A stretch of 64,000 nt of DNA from an uncultured virus (IMG/VR IMGVR_UViG_3300011386_000023) (taxonomy: Duplodnaviria; Heunggongvirae; Uroviricota; Caudoviricetes): IMG/VR virus record IMGVR_UViG_3300011386_000023. One strand, 5' to 3'. Under the pieces are notes generated by a model that was not told the DNA's origin, ran no database searches, and saw only the letters and a program-made list of their open reading frames with translations. Shown here piece by piece: positions 28,709 through 38,724 of this stretch; positions within the stretch are counted from its first letter, which is position 1; every line of letters begins with the position of its first letter. A program made the translations under genes and the position numbers.

Positions 28709-28727
28709 TGCAAAATAATTTCAAATA

Positions 28728-29999
28728 TTAAACACTAGCAACTCGTGCAAATCCATCTGTTCCGTTTCCACCGATAATATCTGAATCATAGCCACCTTTC
28801 TGTCCACCAGCACCACCACGGCCAACAACCAGAGTGATTGTTTGATTTGTTGTACTATTATTAGTGTATTGAGCCACAAGAACAGAGCCTGATGCACCGC
28901 CACCGCCAAATGACCAACCTTCATCTCCAATTCCCATAGCACCATCACCACCTTTACCGAATAGAGCAATAGGACTTACAGATGCACCACCTGTGTGGTC
29001 TTCCTTGGTTGCATTGCCTACTTTACCTTGAATGATTGTCGTTGAGTCAAATGCACCAATAATGTCTACAGCACAAACAGCACCAGCTTGCCCATTATCA
29101 TAAGCTGAACCGTTACTCCATACGCCTTGGGTGCCGCCACCGCCACCGTGAACAACGGCAATGTTTTCCCCGTTAACTTTAAGCAATAGATCAGCACCAG
29201 CTTGCCCATTGCTCAAAGGATATGCAGAGTTATTAGAACGACGTGATGCACCACCGCCACCTCCAGCACCGATCAGTGTAAAGTGCTTCGTTTCACCGGG
29301 TTGTAGAACGAAACTATATAAACCAGCCGGGTAATCGCCATCAACAGTTGTACTATTAGGATTCTTATGTTGGAGTACTTGGAAACTTACCTGGCCAGAA
29401 TAACCAATACGGTTTGTACCTGAACGATTATAAATCTTTGGTTTAAAGCTATTTATATCACGGTCAAATGAAGGTGCTTCATTGGCTGCTTCTGGACTTA
29501 AAAAGATACCAATATTACGATCTGTCAGGTTATAGATGTCAGGTGCTTTAATCTTGTCATTATCAGCAATCCAGCCATCTGTACCACCAATCATCGTTAC
29601 CGTACCGCCACCTTCGCCGCCATTGTAATAAAACACACCTGAAGCAAGGATTCTTGGATATGAAACATAATTGAGTAATGCAGTAATCTGAGCTTGTAGC
29701 TCATTACGTGCGTTTTTATTAAAGGCAGCTTCAGCAGCAAAGCGAGCTTCAATTGCTGCTGCGAGGTTTTCTAGGTCTGGATAAGTTGCTAATAATTCAT
29801 AGAGCTGCTGTCGATTATTTGGGTTTAAAACAACTCCATGCTTCTCAAGTACGTTTGCAATCTCTTCCTGAACCATATTGCACCATTCAGGTGTGAGATA
29901 AGTTGCATCTTGTCCGGGAACATCTTCATTTGAATGGAAACCTTTTTTTCCTGTACCAAACATGTCAGGTCGCGCATTTACACTATCGATCCGCTTCAT
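28728..29999 (-). CDS. Tail fibre protein (Mu gpS-like N-terminus, glycine-rich C-terminal domain)
   Basis: MKRID..GF..AT.LTPEWCNMVQEEIANV..G..LNP...QL; multiple GGGG motifs; follows baseplate genes. Confidence 0.8.
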   Translation of the reverse strand: MKRIDSVNARPDMFGTGKKGFHSNEDVPGQDATYLTPEWCNMVQEEIANVLEKHGVVLNPNNRQQLYELLATYPDLENLAAAIEARFAAEAAFNKNARNELQAQITALLNYVSYPRILASGVFYYNGGEGGGTVTMIGGTDGWIADNDKIKAPDIYNLTDRNIGIFLSPEAANEAPSFDRDINSFKPKIYNRSGTNRIGYSGQVSFQVLQHKNPNSTTVDGDYPAGLYSFVLQPGETKHFTLIGAGGGGGASRRSNNSAYPLSNGQAGADLLLKVNGENIAVVHGGGGGTQGVWSNGSAYDNGQAGAVCAVDIIGAFDSTTIIQGKVGNATKEDHTGGASVSPIALFGKGGDGAMGIGDEGWSFGGGGASGSVLVAQYTNNSTTNQTITLVVGRGGAGGQKGGYDSDIIGGNGTDGFARVASV

Positions 30000-30532
30000 G
30001 ATTGCTCCTTAATGTCATAACGTAAATAAGCTGGTAAGTAGTTTTGAATGATGCATGCCATATCAGCTTGCACTGGGGCTTTTAAGATCAATTTGACTTT
30101 GAACCGCAGGTTTTCTGTGTTGATTGGTGAGTTGCATGAAGCTATACATTGCATTGGTCTGTAGCGTATTAAATCAACTAACTTAATGCTAAATAAGCCA
30201 AGTAAGCCCTCAAGATAAGTACGGTTTAAAACATTCTTTGTCTGTTGAATCCATTGGATTATCTGAAGACGTTCTTCAATTGTTTTGGTTTTATTCACAG
30301 TACATTTCAGCGGTAGACCTAGAGCCGCTTCATACTCACTTAATAATTCTTCTGGAATCTTCTCTAACGTGGTCAAAATACGTTTTGCATCAACATCAGC
30401 TTGTGCAAGTACTCTTGCATGAGCGTATACATCTTTTGCGACAACACTTTTGGGTGAAGTGTCATAGCCGCCTGCTGGCAGTAATTGACGAAGTACTGAA
30501 GCATAAAGCTCTACTGTTTGCTCAAAGGTCAT
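29996..30532 (-). CDS. Baseplate protein, Mu gp48/DUF2313-like
   Basis: YASVLRQLLPAG, ELLSEYEAALGLP, LPAYL; ATG at 30532 overlaps the J stop. Confidence 0.82.
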   Translation of the reverse strand: MTFEQTVELYASVLRQLLPAGGYDTSPKSVVAKDVYAHARVLAQADVDAKRILTTLEKIPEELLSEYEAALGLPLKCTVNKTKTIEERLQIIQWIQQTKNVLNRTYLEGLLGLFSIKLVDLIRYRPMQCIASCNSPINTENLRFKVKLILKAPVQADMACIIQNYLPAYLRYDIKEQS

Positions 30533-31575
30533 AACATAGTCACCGTTAAAGTACCGATCCGGAGCCAACCAGTCACAAACACATTTAAAGTAGGTGCCTG
30601 ATTTGTTGCTGGTGTAAGCTGAACATCTGTCACACCCGGCAATGCTCTAATTTGACTAACAAGAGTAGAAGCAACAAAAGTTTCTCCCGGCTTTAACAAT
30701 CCAACATAGTCACGAATGACTTTTTCAACATCAGTTTGGCTCACACTACCAGTTACCAATGCAGTGATATTCAAATACTCTTTAGTTGGTGCATATGCTC
30801 TTACATCACCCCAAAATCCAGCATATTCATCTAGTACCGTTTGAACCAAAGCTAACAATGCAGTACTTGGCGAATTTGGAGGATTACCAGCTGCCGTGAT
30901 TGCAACATCCAAAGAACCAAGCCCACGACGTTTTGGAAAAATAAAAACATCAGCCACACCCGGCACATCTTTTACGATACGTCTAAGATCAGCTTCACGA
31001 TCACGAATAAGACCTAAAGCCTCTTTATCCATCATCCGCTGTCGCCAAGCCTCAATGTCTTCAACATCTACACCAGCAGATATTTCAATAACATCCACTT
31101 GTGCAGCCACACCCGGCAACGGACTAACCCACAGCAGTTGCTCACCATCGAAATTCCAGCTCACACCTTCAAACTCAGCAATGACTTGGATTTCTTTAGG
31201 CTTATTTGCTGTAAGTGTCTCTTTATATAAAGTTAACCAGTAGTGACCTTTACCATCCGTGACTTTTGTTCCAGCTGGAATAGTGACCGCAATGTTTGAT
31301 GTTGCTTTGACTCGTCCTGAAGCTTTAGAGCCTCCATTACGCGGACATTCCAAGCGTTTTGCATGTATATAAAGGAAAGGCTCATCAGCTGTAGCAACAA
31401 ATAGCTGTTTTTGAATATAACTCTGATGATGATAAAGGCCCTCAACTACAGCGGCTTCACCATCTGCGCGAATGGCTGCATCATCTTCATCATCCAGTGT
31501 TAATCCAGTTAAGTTTTGGATTTCCTGAATAATGTCAGCGCGTAATTGGTCAAATGTCTTGGTTGGATATGCCAT
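30529..31575 (-). CDS. Baseplate J-like protein (Mu gp47)
   Basis: QLFVATADEPFL, GVDVEDIEAWRQR, VPGVADVF..RGLGSLDV. Confidence 0.9.
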   Translation of the reverse strand: MAYPTKTFDQLRADIIQEIQNLTGLTLDDEDDAAIRADGEAAVVEGLYHHQSYIQKQLFVATADEPFLYIHAKRLECPRNGGSKASGRVKATSNIAVTIPAGTKVTDGKGHYWLTLYKETLTANKPKEIQVIAEFEGVSWNFDGEQLLWVSPLPGVAAQVDVIEISAGVDVEDIEAWRQRMMDKEALGLIRDREADLRRIVKDVPGVADVFIFPKRRGLGSLDVAITAAGNPPNSPSTALLALVQTVLDEYAGFWGDVRAYAPTKEYLNITALVTGSVSQTDVEKVIRDYVGLLKPGETFVASTLVSQIRALPGVTDVQLTPATNQAPTLNVFVTGWLRIGTLTVTML

Positions 31576-31578
31576 TGT

Positions 31579-31941
31579 TTAGCCTCCAACCTTAACAAAA
31601 TAAAGGATTGTTTGCTTCTGACCAGACAGTTGCGTAACTTCAATATTTAGGTCCACCTGACTTTTAACAGTCTGAAAAGCATTTACCAAAATTGAAGCAA
31701 ATCGATTTGGCACCAAGCCTTCTAAGGCTTCTTCAGCATATTGCTTAACTGTTTGAATTGTACGAGTTACATCTTTTGAACGTCTCAAAGTATAAAAACG
31801 GCTACCAATCTTAGGATTTGCCCAGTACTTATTACGGTGGATATTTAAACGCTGACAAATTGCTTGTACCTCATTTTTACTGAAGGCAGCATCTAGGCTC
31901 ATCAACACATAATCTTTCGTTTTTAAATCAATATTCGCCAT
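31579..31941 (-). CDS. Baseplate wedge protein, Mu gp46-like
   Basis: YWANPKIGSRFYTLRRSK..KQYAEEAL. Confidence 0.85.
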   Translation of the reverse strand: MANIDLKTKDYVLMSLDAAFSKNEVQAICQRLNIHRNKYWANPKIGSRFYTLRRSKDVTRTIQTVKQYAEEALEGLVPNRFASILVNAFQTVKSQVDLNIEVTQLSGQKQTILYFVKVGG

Positions 31942-31948
31942 GATTCAC

Positions 31949-32431
31949 CTACATTTGTGGAAGTGGAGTTGGTGTATTACCGTTTTTGTGTTGGTTATAA
32001 ATGTCACGCATTTCCTGCATTGAGCCTTTCTGATCAAAGACATTGCCATTCACATGCAAATTGCCCTCATCAATAAAAAGGTCACCAGCAGTGATATGCG
32101 TACCATCTTCTTTAAGCAAAAGGCTGTGCCCGAACTGGTCATAAACTACTGTTTCACCTTCACCCACGTTGACGACAACAGCTCCACCAGTCGTTGCAAT
32201 AACAATTGAACGTGATGTTTTTCCATGCAATGGAATAACTACAACGCGTGCACCTTCAGGAATGTGTGAGTTAAAGCCGACTTGCTGAAAAAGCTCTACT
32301 TCTTGCAAGGTTTCATCAGCAAAGCCCTTTAACTGCAATACTTTTGAACCACCACGTGCGACCAGGGCGAACAGTGGTTGTCGGATTTGTTTCATTGCCT
32401 TATTTATCTGGGCTGCTACAGCTTTCATCAT
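31949..32431 (-). CDS. Baseplate spike (Mu gp45/gpV-like)
   Basis: VELFQQVGFNSH.PEG, GETVVYDQFG, C-terminal YNQHKN. Confidence 0.85.
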   Translation of the reverse strand: MMKAVAAQINKAMKQIRQPLFALVARGGSKVLQLKGFADETLQEVELFQQVGFNSHIPEGARVVVIPLHGKTSRSIVIATTGGAVVVNVGEGETVVYDQFGHSLLLKEDGTHITAGDLFIDEGNLHVNGNVFDQKGSMQEMRDIYNQHKNGNTPTPLPQM

Positions 32432-33483
32432 GATTTTTTCTCCTTCAGTACCAATGGATTTGCCCAATCGCCTTGACGCTTCAGAAGAAGTTTTGTTGTT
32501 TTGCCATTCTTACGGTCAAGCTGAAACGTGCGACCATACACAGCCCATTTGGCTGTCGCTCTTGATAAAACATTGGTTTCTAAATTGATGTACCAGCCTG
32601 TTGACCATAGCTTTCCGTCGATCATCCAGCCTGAAACCGTTGCAGTCAGCGTATGGGCTTCAAGGTCATTGTCTTTTTTGATTTTTTCTAATGCTGCATT
32701 TGCCTCAGCTTCAGTTTCCACATCGCCCAAAGTAACCATCTTCAAGCGTTTATAGGCATACTGTGTTTGAGCTGTGGTTTCAGATAATATTGAGTTTGCG
32801 TTGCCGTCTTGGCTCAAAACCTTGATATGGCTAAAGACATTAGAAACGTCGTTGTCATACTGAAGGCTTAAAACGTTATTGCTGTTGTTTAAGGGGCGCA
32901 TCAGGCGCAATGGGGTTTGCACATGATATGGATTTGCAAAAGGGTCACCGATTTGTAAAGTCCCGTCTGGATCAAGCCAGACATGTTGTCCAGTGATTTG
33001 TGCTGCCTTGGTCAATGAATCCCATAGCGATTCACCCGGCTCAACAGAGACTTTATTTTTTAGCCATGCATTATCCTGAATACGGACATCTTGAAACAGT
33101 GAACCTAAGTCACCGCCTAATACATAGCGACCTACCAACTCTTCAAGTGTGATTTGACGACCATTGAAAATAGGCACAGAACAATCAATTAACTGACCAA
33201 CGAGGTCACGACCAGAAACCTGTAGTCCATAGCCATCACGGCTTACAGCTTCAGAAATTTTGTCTACAACAGCTGTTAAAATGATTTGATTTGCATAGTA
33301 AGCTTGTACTTTTGCACCACCTTTAATGGCAGGATTTAAGGCTTGCCCACCAGTTTCAAATAGCGTAAAGCTCCAGTTTTCTGCTGGTGTATCAATCTGA
33401 CTGTCAATTTCAACCTGATCCCAGCCTTTAGCTTCAAGACCAGCAATCACTAGGCGAATTTCATTACCCTGATTATCTTGCAT
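32428..33483 (-). CDS. Baseplate hub (Mu gpP/gp44-like)
   Basis: GWDQVEIDS, VSGRDLVGQLIDCS, VEPGESLWD. Confidence 0.88.
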   Translation of the reverse strand: MQDNQGNEIRLVIAGLEAKGWDQVEIDSQIDTPAENWSFTLFETGGQALNPAIKGGAKVQAYYANQIILTAVVDKISEAVSRDGYGLQVSGRDLVGQLIDCSVPIFNGRQITLEELVGRYVLGGDLGSLFQDVRIQDNAWLKNKVSVEPGESLWDSLTKAAQITGQHVWLDPDGTLQIGDPFANPYHVQTPLRLMRPLNNSNNVLSLQYDNDVSNVFSHIKVLSQDGNANSILSETTAQTQYAYKRLKMVTLGDVETEAEANAALEKIKKDNDLEAHTLTATVSGWMIDGKLWSTGWYINLETNVLSRATAKWAVYGRTFQLDRKNGKTTKLLLKRQGDWANPLVLKEKKS

Positions 33484-34648
33484 AGATGGTTAACTCCATG
33501 CCGACCTGCAATGCAGCAGGGTTCACTAAATCGGGGTTTAAGCGTCTAATTTCATCTGCACGGCTCATATCGCCATATAAATAGTGTGCAAGCCAATGCA
33601 GGGTGCAAGGCACTGGTACTTGTGTTTTGGTGATGGGTGGACGTGTTTCAATGAGTTCTTGGATTTGATCCTGAATTTGGGCAGCAACGTCTTTGTAGAC
33701 TTGAATTTGGGTGATGCTTTCAAACGTATTAATGGCACGTTCTTCACGGATAGCTTGCTGAAGTACTTCACGTGTTTTTTTACGTACAAGTGCTAAATCA
33801 ACTGGTGTAAAGCTGATTTCTTGGTTATTTGCCATTTCTGTACGTGTAGTTGCAACAACTTGCTGTGCAATAGCAACTTGACTAGCAGCAAGTGTTGAGC
33901 GCCAAACTCGTTGTAACTCTGGAGAGTTATCATCATTTTGAAAAAGGTTTTCAAAACGCTCAACTCGATGTACTACATCACGCCATTTCGATAAAGCTGA
34001 AATATTGGTATCAAAGGTCACAAGCTTGGTGACGTCATCAACTAGCCCAATAATCCAATCGGCAGGTGATAAAACATCCTCTATTGCTTGTTTTGCAACA
34101 CCTAAATAATTACGTGCCTGATCGATACCGTTGCGAATCGTATTAACTGTATTAAATAACTTATCAGTGTTGCCAATTTTGAGTTTTTCTAGCGCACTTT
34201 CCAATGCTGAAGCTGGAGCATCAATAATTGTTGTGGTAGCAATTTTCTCAGGAACAGCAACAGGTACAAACAGCTCACGTTTTTCAGCTTTTGCCTTGAT
34301 AAACTCAATCGACATCGTACAGAAGTCAGGTGTTGTTGCCTCATGATCAATTTCATGATTAACAACTTGAACTTGCTGTACACCAAAGACAGGATGTATG
34401 AGTTCACCCGGACCAGTCGCACTTAATGCTGCTTCTAAAGCATTAACCCAAGTTAAATAGTCAGGTCCAGTAAAAACCGCTTGTATTGAAATTCGACGTG
34501 GGTCACTTCCCATATCTTCAATTTCAGCTTCATCTGAATATGGAGCCTGCTTGATAGCTAGAGTTTTAGGCGCAGTATCTTTGGTGGATGTGCATTCAAA
34601 CTGCACACCACGAAAACTTGCATCTTGTAAATCTGTATCCCAGCCCAT
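33473..34648 (-). CDS. DNA circularisation protein (Mu gpN-like)
   Basis: LQDASFRGVQF, EDMG, GPGELIHPVFG, LAHYLYGD..RADEIRRLNP. Confidence 0.92.
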   Translation of the reverse strand: MGWDTDLQDASFRGVQFECTSTKDTAPKTLAIKQAPYSDEAEIEDMGSDPRRISIQAVFTGPDYLTWVNALEAALSATGPGELIHPVFGVQQVQVVNHEIDHEATTPDFCTMSIEFIKAKAEKRELFVPVAVPEKIATTTIIDAPASALESALEKLKIGNTDKLFNTVNTIRNGIDQARNYLGVAKQAIEDVLSPADWIIGLVDDVTKLVTFDTNISALSKWRDVVHRVERFENLFQNDDNSPELQRVWRSTLAASQVAIAQQVVATTRTEMANNQEISFTPVDLALVRKKTREVLQQAIREERAINTFESITQIQVYKDVAAQIQDQIQELIETRPPITKTQVPVPCTLHWLAHYLYGDMSRADEIRRLNPDLVNPAALQVGMELTIYAR

Positions 34649-34654
34649 GAAAAA

Positions 34655-34722
34655 ATAACCTCACTATTGTGAGGTTATGATGTGAAATACCAGACTTTTA
34701 TATCAGGCGGAAACGCTTCCGC
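34655..34722 (-). promoter_or_regulatory. Late promoter: palindrome GCGGAA-N4-TTCCGC (34707-22), -10-like CATCAT, RBS hairpin 34655-78
   Basis: One of six motif copies, 59 bp upstream of the gpN start. Confidence 0.8.
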
Positions 34723-34735
34723 TTAATTTAGTGCT

Positions 34736-36832
34736 TTAGTGCCGTTGTAGGTAAAAAGGAACATTTGAAGCACCGTGGCGTTTTTCTTCAGCAGCTGCAT
34801 TTTCAGAAATCGCTCCCAATAGGCCACCACTAAAATTAATAGTTTTGTTTTGCCCGGTAACATTAATTAATGTATTGATCTTATTGATCATCTCTTGACT
34901 CAATTGATTTTGCTTCTGCTGTTCCGCAATTAATTGGCTACTTTTTTCTTCAGCTGAAGCTTGCTGGGCTTTGCTTTGCTCAATGGCTTGTTGAACAAAG
35001 TCAGGACGTTCACCTCCTGAACCAATACCAACTTTTGCTAAGAGATCACTGACCATACTGTATCCAGCATCATCAATAGGTTTAAAAATTTGATACCCCG
35101 TATAAGCTGCTCCAACAAGACCAGCTGTTTTCGCTGCATTTGAAGCCTTAGATGCTAAACCACCAGTGGTTGAGGGCAAATCTGGAGTCTTAATACCTCC
35201 CATAGTTTTGAGCGTGAAAGCCGCAGCACCAGCTGCTAATGCAAGACCTCCAACTGCCACAGCTGCACCATAAGTTACACCAGCTAAGTTTTCATTTTCT
35301 GCTGCACTTTTAGTAATTGTGTCTTTTAAACCGCCTAAAGACTCCGAAATAGCATCATAAGCTTTGGATTGAGCAAACAATTTTTCCTGATTCATTGCCT
35401 GATCTTTAGCCCATTCTGTTCTGCTTACCATATCAAAATCAGCCGCTACTGTTCCCGATGCATTGGGTAACTGCTTTCTTAAATCGTTTAACGTGTCTTT
35501 GTTATAAACAACACTTAAAGCAGCCATAAGTGCTTGACGATCTGCAATGATATTGCCGATTTCTGAACCCATAGCGATGTTACTCATATCTTCCAAAGCA
35601 GCTTTGCGTGTTACTGAGTTGGAAGACGCAGCCTGTTTCTGAAGCTTTGTATATTGGGCATTTCCTGCAAGCTGTCTCTCCAATAATTTTACAAAAGCTT
35701 CAACGCCATAGACTCCTTGTTCACGTTGTTGAATAGCATATGTATTCCAGTCAAAGACCTGTTTTGGCTTTTTCTTACCATCCGATTTTGTAGGATCACC
35801 TGATTGTGCAATAACTGCATCACTAATAGATTTACTAAATTCACGGCTTGATAACTTTGCAAGCAAGTTGACTACATTGTTACCAGCTTCATCGGCAGTA
35901 CCTGCTGTTTTCATTGCAACCTGATTCATCGCAACAAGCTCAACTAAGCCTTTTTCACCGCTATAACCTACAGCACTGGCAGCAGCCATTTGTTGTGCTA
36001 GCCATTTGGACATATCTTTATATTCAAAACTGCCAAGCTGACCACCACGTACCGCTATATCATGTCCGTGTTGCAAATCAGTGATACCAAAGTCTTGCAT
36101 ACGTGTAGTGAGCGTAGCAGCATCCGTTGCCATCGCGCCCGTTGCAAAAGCTGTTTTAACTGCGGTATTCAATGCTGGAGCAACATTATTGAGTTCGTAT
36201 TTACCTGACGCAATCAAGGTGTTTGCTGCTTCAGCTGCGTCTTCGCGCGTTCCACCGCCACCTCGGACAGCCGCTTTAATGTATTCATTTAACTGGCCCC
36301 GCGCAGCAAGTCGTGCTTCAGGTGTCATACCTTGACCACCAGTGGCAGTAGCAGCAATGTAGGTTAGTTGTTGATCATAATCACGTGGCTTCTGTAAAGC
36401 ATTAGAAAAGTACATGCCACCAGCAATAGCACCGCCTGTAACAGCAGTACCTTTCTGCCAAAGTGACATAGTCTGTTGGGTTGATTGATGAGTACGTTTG
36501 CTTGATTGTTCAACCTGTTTTGTCCAGTTCGCCAACTGTTGAGCTGAACCCACCTGTTGTTTTAATAAGGCACCTTGCTGACGTAGAACACCTTCAAGCA
36601 ACTTATTGGTACGTAATAATTGATCCCCAGCACGGGCAGTATTCAAAGTCTCCCGTGTACCAGCTCTTGCAGTATTAACAAATTTGGCTTGAGCAGAACC
36701 AATCTGGGTCCATTGCGTATTGATTTTAGTCGTGGCCTGAACTTGCTGATCAGAGATGCGCTTCATCTCTTGTGCAGCTTGTTGACCCCGAATCTGCAAT
36801 GTAAGAGAAACAGTAGAATTGCTTCCGCTCAT
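34736..36832 (-). CDS. Tape measure protein
   Basis: 698-aa Ala/Gln/Gly-rich helical protein between the tail chaperones and gpN; GQLGSFEYKDM. Confidence 0.88.
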   Translation of the reverse strand: MSGSNSTVSLTLQIRGQQAAQEMKRISDQQVQATTKINTQWTQIGSAQAKFVNTARAGTRETLNTARAGDQLLRTNKLLEGVLRQQGALLKQQVGSAQQLANWTKQVEQSSKRTHQSTQQTMSLWQKGTAVTGGAIAGGMYFSNALQKPRDYDQQLTYIAATATGGQGMTPEARLAARGQLNEYIKAAVRGGGGTREDAAEAANTLIASGKYELNNVAPALNTAVKTAFATGAMATDAATLTTRMQDFGITDLQHGHDIAVRGGQLGSFEYKDMSKWLAQQMAAASAVGYSGEKGLVELVAMNQVAMKTAGTADEAGNNVVNLLAKLSSREFSKSISDAVIAQSGDPTKSDGKKKPKQVFDWNTYAIQQREQGVYGVEAFVKLLERQLAGNAQYTKLQKQAASSNSVTRKAALEDMSNIAMGSEIGNIIADRQALMAALSVVYNKDTLNDLRKQLPNASGTVAADFDMVSRTEWAKDQAMNQEKLFAQSKAYDAISESLGGLKDTITKSAAENENLAGVTYGAAVAVGGLALAAGAAAFTLKTMGGIKTPDLPSTTGGLASKASNAAKTAGLVGAAYTGYQIFKPIDDAGYSMVSDLLAKVGIGSGGERPDFVQQAIEQSKAQQASAEEKSSQLIAEQQKQNQLSQEMINKINTLINVTGQNKTINFSGGLLGAISENAAAEEKRHGASNVPFYLQRH

Positions 36833-36835
36833 AGT

Positions 36836-37069
36836 TTAGCCCTTTAATTTTGAATGTTTACGAACACTGGTCACATATGTTTTTGTCACTGTAGAGCTGT
36901 TCCCATTTGTTTGAGTATGGGTTGTGACGGATGATTTTGGTGGCGCTTGTGGTGTTTCTGAAGGTACAGATTCCACTTGACGAGGTAAAGGCCGCGTAGC
37001 ACCAAGGAAAGCCATTGCAATATGCAGAGGCAAATTAATTGCATCTGCATATGGGATACCAATGGCCAT
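36836..37069 (-). CDS. Tail assembly chaperone C-terminal (T) segment, probably expressed by -1 frameshift from the upstream gene
   Basis: Lies in the -1 frame, which is open back to 37141 across the upstream stop; G_AAA_AAA at 37141-35. Confidence 0.7.
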   Translation of the reverse strand: MAIGIPYADAINLPLHIAMAFLGATRPLPRQVESVPSETPQAPPKSSVTTHTQTNGNSSTVTKTYVTSVRKHSKLKG

Positions 37070-37098
37070 TAATGCTCTAATTAACTGAACGCGCCCAA

Positions 37099-37428
37099 TT
37101 AATTCGCGGCTTTGACCTTTGCTTCCAATTCTGCTTTTTTCTCATTGAAATGGATGAGATTGAACGATGAAGTTTGGGCAATATCTTCATATGTAGGTTC
37201 ATATTGATTACCAGCCTCATCAACTAACTTAAGCATCGCGACAATATCTGAAATAGCAATGTATTGCAGACCAGTAATCTTCGCTTGAGCTTCAACGTAT
37301 TCAAGGGCGGTTAATGAAGACATCACGTATTTCGTGCATTTGATTGTTTTCTTTGCCTGTTTAAGTTCAATGGCTACAGGCAAATTACCATCTACAAAAA
37401 TTCTTTCCATTTTACACTGTCTCATCAA
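37099..37428 (-). CDS. Tail assembly chaperone (G / Mu gp41-like)
   Basis: Position between tube and tape measure; size ~105 aa. Confidence 0.75.
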   Translation of the reverse strand: MMRQCKMERIFVDGNLPVAIELKQAKKTIKCTKYVMSSLTALEYVEAQAKITGLQYIAISDIVAMLKLVDEAGNQYEPTYEDIAQTSSFNLIHFNEKKAELEAKVKAAN

Positions 37429-37789
37429 GATAATCTAAGCAGAACATTTCTATGTCACGCATGGTTTCACCATCCACGTTGTATGACTTACTCACTGTTT
37501 GTACATTACAGTCAATAAACGTTTCGCGGTATTTGCCATCCGGTGATTCAACAGAAAGACGTCCATCTTCAACAGCCAACCAATTGACTGTATCTTTACC
37601 ATCCGGAATTACAACTGAGGCCGTTAACTGATAGGTTGTGATTCCTTTTGATTTATACTTCACCCGTTGTTTACGGTTCATTGTTGGGACTGGGCGATTG
37701 CCCGTAGTAATTGATGATGTAAAACGAGCAACGTCATAATCCAGCCCGTTAAAGCTCATGACGATTGCACCAACTGCATCTTCAGACAT
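37412..37789 (-). CDS. Tail tube protein
   Basis: 125-aa beta-rich ORF directly after the sheath. Confidence 0.8.
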   Translation of the reverse strand: MSEDAVGAIVMSFNGLDYDVARFTSSITTGNRPVPTMNRKQRVKYKSKGITTYQLTASVVIPDGKDTVNWLAVEDGRLSVESPDGKYRETFIDCNVQTVSKSYNVDGETMRDIEMFCLDYLDETV

Positions 37790-37847
37790 TGTTCAACACT
37801 CTTTTTTAAGATGGCCCATTGTCTAATGCATATAAAAATAAAATCAG

Positions 37848-37863
37848 GCGGAAGGACTTCCGC
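37848..37863 (-). promoter_or_regulatory. Late-promoter palindrome upstream of the tail tube
   Basis: GCGGAAGGACTTCCGC, 59 bp upstream of ATG; -10-like GACAAT at the conserved spacing. Confidence 0.8.
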
Positions 37864-37870
37864 TCAATAT

Positions 37871-37899
37871 AAAAAAAGACCGCTTATTGCGGCCTTTTT
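37871..37899 (-). terminator. Intrinsic terminator after the sheath C-terminal gene
   Basis: Minus strand AAAAAGGCCGC-AATAA-GCGGTCTTTTTTT. Confidence 0.7.
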
Positions 37900-37914
37900 A
37901 AGTCGAGAGGATAA

Positions 37915-38724
37915 TTAGTAAATATCCAAAGTGGTTGCAATAACATGCATGCCACGCACCCAGTAGGTAGGGATTTTGACATTTACTCGATATTGATCAT
38001 GTGTATCTGGAGTCACAATGACCTCATCTAAATTATCGCGAACGTTTTCTAGAATTTCAGCATCTTCAAGCTGAATTAATCGCCGAGCAATAATAGATTT
38101 AATATTACGACGTTGTGCTGCTGTATTTTTACGACGTCGTTCTTTCTTGAGATCCTGACGCACAACTTTACGAGTATAGTCCACTACCAATACGCCATTA
38201 ATATCAAGCATCAGATCATCAGATTCCCCTGAATCAGGGTTCATACGATAAGTCGAAATGGCACGAACAATTTCCGGTTTACCGTCTGCACCCGTTTCGA
38301 TCATACATACACCTTTTTTCATCGCTGCTTCCATACGTTCAAAGGTTAGCTTGAACTCATCAGCAACAGGTGTAAGACCACCTAGATTGACACCATTGAA
38401 TGGCAATGCCGGGTCGTTAGAATCGGCTAACGCAGCAGCCATTGCCGCGGCAAGTTCAGGCTCTTGACCTGTGGCACCGTTATAACAAACAACTAAAACA
38501 CGGTAATTAGTTTTTACTGGGGCTTGTTCAGCAAAAGCTTCAGCTGCTTCAATATCTGAAAAAGGTACAACTAGAATTGCTGGACGTTGCTCAATTGAGT
38601 CGCTGACAGATGTTAAATGGTCGATCCATGCATTTGTATCGGCACCTGCAGCTGGTGGAGCTGACACGGCAATGATTGTATGGCCTAAAGGTGCGATGGT
38701 ATCGAGGGTTGTTTGAATAGTCAT
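37915..38724 (-). CDS. Tail sheath, C-terminal part (Mu gpL-like)
   Basis: DPALPFNGVNL.GL, IVRAISTY, LDIN...VVDYTR, DQYRVNVKIP..VRGMHVIA; own GGAG RBS. Confidence 0.88.
   Translation of the reverse strand: MTIQTTLDTIAPLGHTIIAVSAPPAAGADTNAWIDHLTSVSDSIEQRPAILVVPFSDIEAAEAFAEQAPVKTNYRVLVVCYNGATGQEPELAAAMAAALADSNDPALPFNGVNLGGLTPVADEFKLTFERMEAAMKKGVCMIETGADGKPEIVRAISTYRMNPDSGESDDLMLDINGVLVVDYTRKVVRQDLKKERRRKNTAAQRRNIKSIIARRLIQLEDAEILENVRDNLDEVIVTPDTHDQYRVNVKIPTYWVRGMHVIATTLDIY

Noticed and set aside
28728..29999. Invertible tail-fibre segment or diversity-generating retroelement
   Set aside because: No invertase, second fibre copy, reverse transcriptase or TR/VR repeat pair seen; the Gly-rich repeats are simply coding.
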